From: Thermodesulfobacteriota bacterium
GTDB taxonomy: Bacteria; Desulfobacterota_D; UBA1144; Nemesobacterales; N074bin48
DNA: 30,313 nucleotides
Reading direction: 5' to 3'
Assembly (NCBI GenBank): GCA_041572575.1
Contig: JBFFSH010000028.1
Span: forward strand, 1 to 30,313
Position 1 is the first letter of the stretch; each line of letters opens with the position of its first letter. Below the pieces are notes generated by a model. That model was given only the letters and a program-made list of their open reading frames with translations. It ran no database searches and had not been told where the DNA came from. This document shows, one piece after another, positions 1-8,456 of this stretch. Made by a program: the position numbers and the translations under genes.

Positions 1-133
1 GAAGATCTAATCTGATATATTATGTAAAGGAACAGGAGTTTAGGTTTAATAACAGACATCTTAGTACTGACGAAATGATGAATAAAATAATTAATATTTT
101 AATGAATTCTACTCCGCCAGATGTCTAATGCCC
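1..133 (+). mobile_element. IS1595-family insertion sequence, right end (partial)
   Basis: Frame 3..128 reads RSNLIYYVKEQEFRFNNRHLSTDEMMNKIINILMNSTPPDV*, containing the E-x-EFRFN-x-R motif typical of IS1595/IS1016 transposase C-termini. It ends in a 25-bp IR at 109-133 (CTACTCCGCCAGATGTCTAATGCCC) matching the IR at 30180-30204. Confidence 0.85.
3..128 (+). CDS. IS1595-family transposase, C-terminal fragment (5' truncated by window)
   Basis: Manual translation; YVKEQEFRFNNR motif; stop TAA at 126-128 lies inside the right IR. Confidence 0.8.
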   Translation, partial: RSNLIYYVKEQEFRFNNRHLSTDEMMNKIINILMNSTPPDV

Positions 134-161
134 TAGATTAAATATAATCATTATTTATTAA

Positions 162-448
162 AAATGTGGCAAGAAGACATTTAGTCTTGTTCTATTTTTC
201 TATGGAATTAAATATATTAAACAAGGTAAATTTAAATATAAAGATATTTTTGCAGCTGCAATCACAGATGGAATTAAGGAAAAAGTATTCAGAAAAATAG
301 ACAGCAATCTCGCCGCAGCCTTAATCATAGGCATGATAAACAGAGCTATTCATGTTACAACAGAAAGCTTATAAAAATGGACTACAAAATAATCACATCC
401 GAGACCAAAAAAGCTGCGTCAAGAATTTTAGATACGAGTATTTATTAA
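162..448 (+). pseudogene. Probable remnant of a TetR-family regulator C-terminal domain
   Basis: Start-less frame 162-374 reads ...YKDIFAAAITDGIKEKVFRKIDSNLAAALIIGMINRAIHV..., resembling the TetR C-terminal pattern I..G...FR..D...A..I.GM.N. It appears to continue after a frameshift as MDYKIITSETKKAASRILDTSIY*. No HTH N-terminus is present. Confidence 0.4.
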
Positions 449-478
449 AAATATCCCTCCCTCTTATTAATCCTTATC

Positions 479-498
479 ATGTGAGTGGGCACTCACAT
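479..498. promoter_or_regulatory. Perfect palindrome ATGTGAGTG-GG-CACTCACAT, candidate upstream activator site
   Basis: 9-bp perfect arms about 120-140 bp upstream of the predicted sigma54 start; TGTGA-N8-TCACA core. Confidence 0.55.
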
Positions 499-523
499 CA
501 CCATTTTGAAAACCACAAACTTA

Positions 524-542
524 ATGTCATAAAATCTGACAT
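524..542. promoter_or_regulatory. Palindrome ATGTCA-N7-TGACAT, second candidate operator or activator site
   Basis: Inverted repeat read directly, between the first palindrome and the sigma54 box. Confidence 0.45.
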
Positions 543-589
543 CTTACAACTTATTCTTATATATTCCTTATAAACACGCCGATTTGTCC

Positions 590-606
590 TTGGCATATCT
601 ATTGCA
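590..606 (+). promoter_or_regulatory. Sigma54 (RpoN) -24/-12 promoter of the nos operon
   Basis: TTGGCATATCTATTGCA matches TGGCAY-N5-TTGCW with exact GG-N10-GC spacing, about 60 bp before the cytochrome c start. Confidence 0.7.
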
Positions 607-666
607 TTAATTATTACTGTGTAGATAAAAATCTTGAAACATTCACACAAGGAGATGCGAAAGATA

Positions 667-1068
667 ATGGCAAGATGTATAAACACAATTTCAGTACTTA
701 CCTTAGCAGTCGTCATTACACTATTTATCTCAGTCTCGTTATTTGCTGAAGATAATTCTGCTCCCTTGGATAATTCTCTTATCGAAAAAGGAAAAAATGT
801 ATATGACAGCAATGGTTGCAGCGCCTGTCACACCTTAGGAGGCGGCAAACTCGCTGGCCCCGATCTTTTAGGTGTTACAAAACGAAGAGAAGAAGAGTGG
901 TTAAAGAAGTGGCTCAAATCCCCTGACACAATGATTTTTACAGATCCCATTGCTAAGCAAATGCTTAAGGAATATTTCGTTCCAATGCCCAATCTTGGAT
1001 TAAATGATGAACAAGTAGAACAGCTTATTATCTATTTTAAGAAAATTGACGAACAGGTTAAAGATTAA
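667..1068 (+). CDS. Monoheme c-type cytochrome, nos-associated (NosC-like)
   Basis: Signal peptide, CSACH heme motif, GPDL motif, distal Met in VPMP. ATG at 667 follows AAGGAG; the ORF track starts at TTG 634. Confidence 0.9.
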   Translation: MARCINTISVLTLAVVITLFISVSLFAEDNSAPLDNSLIEKGKNVYDSNGCSACHTLGGGKLAGPDLLGVTKRREEEWLKKWLKSPDTMIFTDPIAKQMLKEYFVPMPNLGLNDEQVEQLIIYFKKIDEQVKD

Positions 1069-1091
1069 TCTTTATTAAAGGAGGAAAGAAT

Positions 1092-3098
1092 ATGAAACAC
1101 AATAAAAGACTTATAGTAAGCCTATGTGTAATTGTTGCATTTGCCATGGGTTTTCTAATATTCTCTTCTGTCTCTTCTGACAGTAAACAGGGTGATCTTT
1201 CACCATCTGCCGGTGAAATCGCACAGCAGAGGGGTTTATCACCTGATGATGTTACAGCTGCTTTAAAGACTTATGTTCCAACCGGTAAGTATGATGACTA
1301 TTTGATGTTCTCATCAGGAGGTCACTCAGGACAGGTTCTTGTCATTGGTGTACCTTCAATGCGTCTTTTAAAGGTTATAGCCGCATTCACGCCGGAACCA
1401 TGGCAAGGATTTGGAACAGGTTCAAAAGAATCTGAAGAATTATTAAAATCCGGCTCCATGCCTATTGGAAAAAACAGAAAACTAACCTGGGCTGACACGC
1501 ACCATCCGGCGCTGTCTGAAACAAAAGGCGATTATGACGGACAGTTCCTGTTTATTAACGACAAGGCTAACGCGAGGATTGCAGTAATAGATCTGCGTGA
1601 CTTCGAGGTTAAGCAAATGATTAAAAGCCCCAATATAATCTCAGACCACGGATCAACCTTTGTCACTCCAAATACCGAATACGTTATTCAGGGTGCACAG
1701 TATGCAACACCAATCCCTTATACCGATTATGCTCCTTTAGAAGAGTATCAGGAAAAATACAGAGGAATGATTGGTTTTTATAAATTTAACCGTCAGAAGG
1801 GAAGAATTGATATGGCCAAATCATTTCAGATAGAAGTGCCGCCATACTGGCAGGACCTGTGTGATGCTGGCAAGAAGGTCAGTGAAGGTTGGGTATTCTG
1901 CGGCTCTTTGAACAGCGAAATGGCAACTGGTGGTTTTGGTGACGGAAAACCTCCTTTTGAAGCAGGCGTATCCCAAAGAGATATGGACTACCTGCATGTT
2001 GTAAACTGGAAAAAAGCCGAAGCTGTTGTAACAGCAGGTAAAGCAAAGACAATTTCTGGTATTAAGGTCATACCTTTGCAGACAGCTATCGACGAAGGCC
2101 TTCTGTACTTTGTGCCCGAACCTAAGAGTCCGCACGGTGCAGACGTATCTCCTGACGGAAACTATATAGTAATCTCCGGTAAGCTCGATACTCATGCAAC
2201 AATATTTGGATTTGATAAGATTCAAAAAGCGATTGCAACCAAGAATTTTGAAGGGAAGGATCCTTTTGGAGTTCCAATTCTTGATTTTAATGCCGTTAAA
2301 GCAGCACAGCTTGAAATCGGTCTTGGACCACTGCATACCCAGTTCGATGACCAGGGCAACGCATACACCAGTGTTTTTATTGAAAGCACCATGGCTAAAT
2401 GGACCCTTGGAGAGCCTTATCATTCGGGCGAAAAAGCCTGGAAACTTGTTGAAAAAATACCTGTACACTACAACATCGGCCACCTCGTTTGCGCAGAAGG
2501 TGACACAGTATCTCCCGATGGTAAATACTGTGTTTCACTTAATAAATGGGCAATAGACAGGTTTACTCCTGTAGGTCCGCTGCACCCACAAAACTTTCAG
2601 TTAATTGATATTTCAGGGAAGAAAATGCAGCTGCTTTATGACATGCCAATAGGAGTCGGTGAACCTCATTATGTTCAAATGATTAAGGCTGACAAGCTAA
2701 ACCCATGGCTTGTTTATCCACAAGTTGGATTTAACCCATCGACTATGTCAGTCGATCCAAAAGCCGCAAAAGTAGGCAATGAAGGGGTAGTCAGAAATGG
2801 AAACAATGTCGTAGTAAACATGACGGCTATAAGGAGTCACTTTAATCCCGAGCATATCAAGGTTAAAGAAGGAGATAATGTAACTATACATCTAACAAGC
2901 ATAGAACGTGCCAGGGATGCCACGCATGGGTTTGCAATTGATGGCTATAATATCAACCTCAGTCTTGAACCGGGTGAATCAAGCACGGTTGAATTTGAAG
3001 CCGATAAGCCTGGGGTTTATCCATTTTACTGTACCGAGTTCTGTTCGGCACTGCACTTAGAAATGGCAGGCTATCTGCTTGTTGAACCAAAAGAATAA
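1092..3098 (+). CDS. nosZ: Nitrous-oxide reductase, clade II (Sec-dependent)
   Basis: CuZ His motifs DTHH, SDHG, SPHG, PLHT, IGHL, EPH; CuA motif HGF...CTEFCSALHLEM; Sec-type leader with no twin-Arg; SGGHSGQ. Confidence 0.98.
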   Translation: MKHNKRLIVSLCVIVAFAMGFLIFSSVSSDSKQGDLSPSAGEIAQQRGLSPDDVTAALKTYVPTGKYDDYLMFSSGGHSGQVLVIGVPSMRLLKVIAAFTPEPWQGFGTGSKESEELLKSGSMPIGKNRKLTWADTHHPALSETKGDYDGQFLFINDKANARIAVIDLRDFEVKQMIKSPNIISDHGSTFVTPNTEYVIQGAQYATPIPYTDYAPLEEYQEKYRGMIGFYKFNRQKGRIDMAKSFQIEVPPYWQDLCDAGKKVSEGWVFCGSLNSEMATGGFGDGKPPFEAGVSQRDMDYLHVVNWKKAEAVVTAGKAKTISGIKVIPLQTAIDEGLLYFVPEPKSPHGADVSPDGNYIVISGKLDTHATIFGFDKIQKAIATKNFEGKDPFGVPILDFNAVKAAQLEIGLGPLHTQFDDQGNAYTSVFIESTMAKWTLGEPYHSGEKAWKLVEKIPVHYNIGHLVCAEGDTVSPDGKYCVSLNKWAIDRFTPVGPLHPQNFQLIDISGKKMQLLYDMPIGVGEPHYVQMIKADKLNPWLVYPQVGFNPSTMSVDPKAAKVGNEGVVRNGNNVVVNMTAIRSHFNPEHIKVKEGDNVTIHLTSIERARDATHGFAIDGYNINLSLEPGESSTVEFEADKPGVYPFYCTEFCSALHLEMAGYLLVEPKE

Positions 3099-3106
3099 AC
3101 TTCTCA

Positions 3107-3163
3107 CATGTACCGTTTTGATCATCTCTTCTCTTACCCCCAGTATGGTCAAGGCGGTACATG
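3107..3163 (+). terminator. Strong intergenic stem-loop after nosZ (partial terminator or mRNA stabiliser)
   Basis: CATGTACCGTTTTGATCAT pairs with ATGGTCAAGGCGGTACATG, including G-U pairs; no U-tract follows. Confidence 0.6.
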
Positions 3164-3188
3164 AAAATAGATAAGGAGGGATCATAAA

Positions 3189-3569
3189 ATGAAATTACAA
3201 AAGTTCTTAACATGTTGTTTGTTTTTAATTGTTTTTGTTATAGCGATTCCTGTAAATGCCGCAGACGACGCATTCAAAGACAGCGCCCTTTCATGGCAGA
3301 AGCAGGCTACCGGCACCAGAGCAGCTGTAATATCAGTATATGAAGAGCTCACCAAAATTGGTGATAAGGGTAATGCAGATGCAAAGGAGTTAATTGATGA
3401 CGCGGTAATTCAGCTGGGAGAAGGTGACAAACAACTCAAAGCCGGAGATGACCTGCTTGCAAAGGAGCAGTTTGAAAAAGCGTCATATGACTATAACATG
3501 GCCTGGCAGTATTATGTTAAGGCTGCAACCGCCGGGCTTAATGCAAAACGCATTCTCACAGGACAGTAA
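3189..3569 (+). CDS. Hypothetical secreted alpha-helical protein within the nos operon
   Basis: AAGGAGG RBS, Sec signal ending in VNA, Ala/Asp/Lys-rich helical composition; family not recognised. Confidence 0.8.
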   Translation: MKLQKFLTCCLFLIVFVIAIPVNAADDAFKDSALSWQKQATGTRAAVISVYEELTKIGDKGNADAKELIDDAVIQLGEGDKQLKAGDDLLAKEQFEKASYDYNMAWQYYVKAATAGLNAKRILTGQ

Positions 3570-3602
3570 CTATACACCATTAAAGGAGATGGAGGATATA
3601 TA

Positions 3603-4256
3603 ATGAAAGAGAATGAACTAATATTAGGGCCGCGTATACCAAATGAACTCTGGCAGAAAGAGAGGGAAAGATTTCTTATCCCAACCATATTAATGGTAAC
3701 AGCAGCAGTTTTGCTTCTAATCTCTATATTTCTTCCCTACTGGAAGCTCACACTATTCGCACCTCAGTATCCCGGTGGGTTAAAAGCAGAGCTTTATGTA
3801 AACCGTGCTGCAGGGGATATTGAGGAACTTGATATACTCAATCACTACATCGGCATGAAATCAATGAAGGAAGCTGCTCCCCTTGAAAGGTCCTTAAGCG
3901 TAGCTCTTATAGTAGGAGTAGTCTTGCTTACCGTAGCTGCAATATATGTTCACAGCCCCATAGCTTTGTTCCTCACAATCCCTGCGATTATGTTCCCGGC
4001 GTTTTTCCTGGGGGATCTGTATTATTGGCTGAGAAATTTTGGAACGAATCTTGATCCAAATGCTCCGCTAAATTCAGTTGAACCTTTTGTGCCTCCACTG
4101 CTTGGAGACAGTACAATAGCACAGTTTAAAACAACCGCTCAGTGGGAAATCGGGTTGCACATGTCCATTCTTGCATCGATCTTAATTATTGCAGGTCTTT
4201 ACTTTCATCGTAAAGCTTATAAACCTCTTATAGAAGCAAAGCTTAAGAATGAATAG
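3603..4256 (+). CDS. nosB: NosB-type membrane protein of clade II nos clusters
   Basis: LPYW-x-L-x-L-x-APQYPGGL...GD...LNHYIGMK signature, about 4 TM segments, located between nosZ and nosD. Confidence 0.85.
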   Translation: MKENELILGPRIPNELWQKERERFLIPTILMVTAAVLLLISIFLPYWKLTLFAPQYPGGLKAELYVNRAAGDIEELDILNHYIGMKSMKEAAPLERSLSVALIVGVVLLTVAAIYVHSPIALFLTIPAIMFPAFFLGDLYYWLRNFGTNLDPNAPLNSVEPFVPPLLGDSTIAQFKTTAQWEIGLHMSILASILIIAGLYFHRKAYKPLIEAKLKNE

Positions 4257-4293
4257 CAGTTAGCAGTAGGATTTAATCTGAATCGGTGATATT

Positions 4294-5697
4294 ATGAAAC
4301 TATATATTTATGCCTTAATGCTTATTGTTTCAGGCGGCATATCCGCAAACGCCAACACATATACCGTATCACCGGGTGGTAATCTTAACTCAATTTCTAA
4401 AGCTATACTTCAGGCACAAAATGGTGATTCAATCATTGTAGATGGAGGAGTGTATCAAGAGAAATTATTAATAAGCAAAGAAATAAAACTAATCGGCATA
4501 AACAGACCTGAGATAATCGGGGATGGAAAGGGTACAATTATAAGTGTTAGTGCTCCAAATGTAACAATACAGGGTTTTCATATCTCAAGTACAGGCAGTA
4601 ATCTAAACCGCGAAGACTCTGCTGTTGTTCTTGATAACTCAGCAGGCTCTGTAATCAAGGACAATATACTCGAAGATGTACTCTTTGGAATCTACCTTAA
4701 AAACTCACCAGACTGTTTGGTACTTCATAACAAAATAACAGGCAAGGATCTTCCATTGCCCGATAGGGGAGACAGCATAAGGCTGTGGTACAGCTCCGGT
4801 ACTGCTATTAAAGGAAACAAAATAAGTAAAACACGAGACCTTGTTATGTGGTGGTCGGGAGATACGGTGATCGAAGATAATATCGTAGAACAAGGAAGAT
4901 ATGGTCTGCACTATATGTACAGCAACAACAATATATTTAAGAACAATATCTTCAGGTCAAACCTCGTAGGCGGCTTTCTTATGTACAGCAAGAACATTCG
5001 GTTTGAAAATAACACTTTCATCCAAAACCAGGGTGTTGCAAGCGGATACGGGGTAGGGTTTAAAGACCTCGACCTTGTAACAGCCGTGGGCAATAAATTT
5101 ATTGATAACCGCGTGGGAATATATATGGACAATACTCCCACTTCTTTTGATGTGTGGAACACTATTGAGGGAAACAAAATAGCTTTTAATGATATTGGGG
5201 CTTCTCTTATGCCCTCTATAGAAAGAAACACGATTATCGGCAATAATTTTATAGATAATAACGAACAGGTAGAGGTCAGAGGCGGGGGCTCGCTTAAGGG
5301 TAACAAGTGGTTTGAACAAAGCAGAGGAAACTACTGGAGTGACTATAAAGGGTATGATGAAAACAGTGACGGAATAGGGGATTTTCCTTATGTTGCAGAG
5401 AGCCTGTTTGAAGATATGATGGACCGTAATTCAGTCTTAAGGGTGTTTATTCACAGCCCCGTTACACAAGCACTCGACATTGCTGCAAAAGCATTCCCGG
5501 TATTTAGACCTGCCCCGAAATTGAAAGATGAATATCCCCTTACTTCCCCTACTGAGGCTCATTTAGTGTCAGATATAATAATAAAATTTAATTTAAGAGT
5601 ATTAATTACATATATAATTCTTATAGTCTGTCCCCTGCTTACTCTTATAATATTGATTAGACCGTACAAGGAGCAGATTATTGATAGAAATAGCTGA
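4294..5697 (+). CDS. nosD: NosZ maturation protein NosD (beta-helix)
   Basis: Parallel beta-helix repeats, RYGLHYMYS, GNYWSDY-x-GYD-x-N-x-DGIGD-x-PY; extra C-terminal hydrophobic helix. Confidence 0.95.
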   Translation: MKLYIYALMLIVSGGISANANTYTVSPGGNLNSISKAILQAQNGDSIIVDGGVYQEKLLISKEIKLIGINRPEIIGDGKGTIISVSAPNVTIQGFHISSTGSNLNREDSAVVLDNSAGSVIKDNILEDVLFGIYLKNSPDCLVLHNKITGKDLPLPDRGDSIRLWYSSGTAIKGNKISKTRDLVMWWSGDTVIEDNIVEQGRYGLHYMYSNNNIFKNNIFRSNLVGGFLMYSKNIRFENNTFIQNQGVASGYGVGFKDLDLVTAVGNKFIDNRVGIYMDNTPTSFDVWNTIEGNKIAFNDIGASLMPSIERNTIIGNNFIDNNEQVEVRGGGSLKGNKWFEQSRGNYWSDYKGYDENSDGIGDFPYVAESLFEDMMDRNSVLRVFIHSPVTQALDIAAKAFPVFRPAPKLKDEYPLTSPTEAHLVSDIIIKFNLRVLITYIILIVCPLLTLIILIRPYKEQIIDRNS

Positions 5698-6565
5698 ACT
5701 TACAAAATCATTTGGGAATTTTAAGGCTCTTGACTGCGTATCACTTTCCATTGCAGATGGAGAATCTGTATGTCTGCTCGGTGAAAATGGTGCCGGTAAA
5801 AGTACCCTCATCAAATGCATACTCGGCATGCTAGAGTACTCCGGGCAGATTAAACTAAACAGCATAATAATAGAGCCGGGATCTACTGAACACAGGTTTG
5901 ATATAGGATACATTCCGCAAGAACCTGTTTTTTATGACATGAAGGTAGACGAATTAATATCGTTTTTTGGAATACTTAGAAGAGTTGGTAATGACAAAAT
6001 CAATGAGTCATTAAAAATTGCAGGTCTTTTAGAACACAGAAATAAACATACATCTGAGCTTTCGGGAGGATTAAAACAGCGGCTTTCCTTTGCAATTGCC
6101 CTTATTTCCGACCCCTCAGTACTCATACTCGATGAACCCACTTCAAACCTGGATGCATCAGCAAGACTCGAACTTATGAAGCTTGTAAAAAAACTTAAAG
6201 AAACCGGAAAAACCGTACTGTTTTCATCGCACCGTATGGATGAAGTGCAGTTTCTCGCAGACAGGGTGTATCTACTAAAAAAAGGCAGAGTTATAAAGCA
6301 AAGCGCTGAAAATGAACTTACAAGACAGCTTGGACTTAAAACAAAAATCATTGTCAATGTGAATGTGACAGATAACCAAAGGACTATAGAAATCCTTAAA
6401 AACTCAGGGTTCAATCACATTAGTAAAAACGGGGCGGGAATTTTAGTGAGCATTGACAATGATGATAAGACTGAGGCACTAAAAAAGATATTGGATAGCG
6501 GTATAGCAATAAATGATATCAACATAGAAGCTCCATCGATGGACGAGATAATGAGGTCTGTATAA
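5681..6565 (+). CDS. nosF: ABC ATPase NosF
   Basis: Walker A GENGAGKST, LSGG signature, ILDEP Walker B, SSH; TTG start after AAGGAG; nos context. Confidence 0.92.
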   Translation: MIEIAELTKSFGNFKALDCVSLSIADGESVCLLGENGAGKSTLIKCILGMLEYSGQIKLNSIIIEPGSTEHRFDIGYIPQEPVFYDMKVDELISFFGILRRVGNDKINESLKIAGLLEHRNKHTSELSGGLKQRLSFAIALISDPSVLILDEPTSNLDASARLELMKLVKKLKETGKTVLFSSHRMDEVQFLADRVYLLKKGRVIKQSAENELTRQLGLKTKIIVNVNVTDNQRTIEILKNSGFNHISKNGAGILVSIDNDDKTEALKKILDSGIAINDINIEAPSMDEIMRSV

Positions 6566-6567
6566 AG

Positions 6568-7407
6568 ATGAACTATACAAATATATTACTTATTACAAAA
6601 AAGGAAGTTAAGGAATCCTTTCAGAACCGCTGGTTTATTATTTTTACACTCGCATTTTCCATACTCGCTTTTATGCTCTCATATGTAGGAACAAGAAATC
6701 TGGGCTACTCTGAAATATCGGGTTTTGGCAGGACTACGGCAAGCCTCATAAACCTTGCGCTTATGCTTATCCCCCTCATGGGTCTTCTACTCGGTTCTAT
6801 TACCATATCAGGAGAAAGGGAAAGGGGCACACTGCATTATTTGCTTTCACATCCCATTGGAAAAAAAGAGGTTTTTGCAGGCAAGTATGTGGGGCTGTTT
6901 TTTTCACTTGTGTTTACCATTACAATTGGATTTGCACTGGGTGGAATAGCGATATTCTTTAAGACAGGCTCTTCGGATATAGGCAAGTATATTTTAGACC
7001 TGCTAATTACCCTTATCCTCGCATCATCCGTGCTTAGTATCGGGATACTTATTTCTGTATGTACAAAGAAAATATCCAAGTCCATAGGAATAGCCATTTT
7101 TGTCTGGTTCTTTCTCATCATACTGAGTGATCTGGGTATAATAGGATCGGTAATTTTATTTAACCTTGGAATAGAACCGACTTTTTATATAACTCTTTTA
7201 AACCCTACGGAGGTCTATAAAATACTTTCAGTACTGGTACTCAGTACACGCTTTGAAATACTGGGACCAGTGGGTATTTATATTTTTAATACAATGGGCA
7301 GATACGGATCGCTTGTAATATTATCTGGTGTTCTTGCACTATGGTCTGTTGTTCCACTTATAATTGCGTATCTATATTTTTGCAGATTTAAAAGAGAAGA
7401 AATATGA
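6568..7407 (+). CDS. nosY: ABC permease NosY
   Basis: Six TM segments, GERERGTL-x-YLLS-x-P motif, LLNP; nos context. Confidence 0.92.
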   Translation: MNYTNILLITKKEVKESFQNRWFIIFTLAFSILAFMLSYVGTRNLGYSEISGFGRTTASLINLALMLIPLMGLLLGSITISGERERGTLHYLLSHPIGKKEVFAGKYVGLFFSLVFTITIGFALGGIAIFFKTGSSDIGKYILDLLITLILASSVLSIGILISVCTKKISKSIGIAIFVWFFLIILSDLGIIGSVILFNLGIEPTFYITLLNPTEVYKILSVLVLSTRFEILGPVGIYIFNTMGRYGSLVILSGVLALWSVVPLIIAYLYFCRFKREEI

Positions 7408-7841
7408 AATATCCTATTTTGATTTCTTTGATCCTATTTGTATTATCATGTTCTAAGGAAAGTGAACTACTCCCTGTAGAGATAAAGTACGGACAAGACT
7501 TATGTGCTGCCTGCTCGATGATAATAAGCGAAAAGCAGTACTCGGCGCAATATATATTATCCGACGGCAGTATAAAAAAGTTTGATGATATAGGATGTAT
7601 GATAGAACATTTAAAACAAGAAAAAAATGAACGTGGTAATATATCTGCAGTATTTGTTCGGGATTACATACACAAGAACTGGATAAACACAGATATAGCC
7701 CACTTTGTACATAGTAATAAAATTATTACACCAATGGGACATGGTATAGCCGCCTTTGGAACTAAAGAAGATGCAAAAAATATTGAGACCGAAATCAAAG
7801 GTGAATATTTAGGTAAACTTGATATATTATTAGATAAATAA
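7404..7841 (+). CDS. nosL: Copper chaperone lipoprotein NosL
   Basis: Lipobox VLSC, CAACSM, FDDIGC, TPMGHG. Confidence 0.93.
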   Translation: MKYPILISLILFVLSCSKESELLPVEIKYGQDLCAACSMIISEKQYSAQYILSDGSIKKFDDIGCMIEHLKQEKNERGNISAVFVRDYIHKNWINTDIAHFVHSNKIITPMGHGIAAFGTKEDAKNIETEIKGEYLGKLDILLDK

Positions 7842-8052
7842 CTTTCTCAAAATGCTATATATACAATGACTACAGCCAGTGTTTTGAAAATTGTTACAGA
7901 CATATGTCACTCTAAATACGGTTTTTCATTTTTATAACTATTTTTAATTTTAAAAGTGCAAAACGCATTTTATTAACAGTAAAGACTACTAACTTTCATT
8001 AACACTATATTTTGCCGAGGGCACGCATTGGGAATATAATTGAAATAAATAA

Positions 8053-8124
8053 TGGCGGCGGGAGGACTCGAACCTCCGACAGGCGCCTTATGAGAGCGCT
8101 GCTCTACCTCTGAGCTACGCCGCC
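8053..8124 (-). tRNA. tRNA with anticodon CAT, most likely elongator tRNA-Met (Ile2 not excluded); CCA not encoded
   Basis: Reverse complement GGCGGCGTAGCTCAGAGGTAGAGCAGCGCTCTCATAAGGCGCCTGTCGGAGGTTCGAGTCCTCCCGCCGCCA folds as a cloverleaf. The G1-C72 pair excludes the initiator. Confidence 0.95.
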
Positions 8125-8155
8125 AGAGAAGGTAGTAAATCAATTTTGACCCGCA

Positions 8156-8183
8156 ATTATATCACTTTGTATGCCAGATTCAA
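8156..8183 (-). promoter_or_regulatory. Sigma70 promoter of the tRNA
   Basis: Minus strand TTGAAT-16-TATAAT with extended -10 TGn. Confidence 0.6.
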
Positions 8184-8211
8184 TAAGTGTAAAATTTTTA
8201 GGATCAATTAC

Positions 8212-8240
8212 TTGACATATTAAGAAATTTACTTTATTTT
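8212..8240 (+). promoter_or_regulatory. Sigma70 promoter of putative sRNA-1
   Basis: TTGACA-17-TATTTT; closely matching copy at 9968-9996. Confidence 0.7.
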
Positions 8241-8246
8241 AATATT

Positions 8247-8364
8247 GTAAGTTAATTGTAAGACTTAATATATAATATATTTAATTAGTAGTACGGTAAC
8301 ATCCTCCATCCTCCTTAAAGTGGGAATGTTTTCAAGAGCTGAAAACATTCCCACTTTTTATTTT
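8247..8364 (+). ncRNA. Putative sRNA-1 with tandem anti-SD seed and intrinsic terminator (ends approximate)
   Basis: Promoter; seed CATCCTCCATCCTCCTT at 8300-8316; 18-bp perfect hairpin 8317-8357 followed by a T-tract; paralog at about 10003-10094; no meaningful ORF. Confidence 0.7.
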
Positions 8365-8456
8365 GTCTCAATTAAAACTCTGAGAACTTATGAAGGAAGA
8401 TAGTAAATCAAATTAAAGAAATCTAATATATTAAGTCGGTTTTTTTAAGTCACAAA

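Noticed and set aside
352..812. ORF-track ORFs 352-573 (+) and 498-812 (-)
   Set aside because: They overlap the nos promoter elements and the cytochrome c gene, with no RBS or recognisable motifs.
8018..8040. GGGCACGCATTGGGAA as a second sigma54 promoter
   Set aside because: It lacks the -12 GC and has no co-oriented downstream gene.
134..8053. nos cluster as an island integrated at the tRNA 3' end
   Set aside because: No integrase and no duplicated tRNA 3' end (att site) were found in the window.
8260..8320. Minus-strand AAGGAGGATGGAGGATG as RBS plus start of a small peptide (type I toxin), or as a CsrA-binding GGA RNA
   Set aside because: The resulting peptides differ between copies (MLPYY* vs MI*; the alternative frames are not conserved), and promoter and T-tract orientation favour a + strand RNA. 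Not fully excluded.
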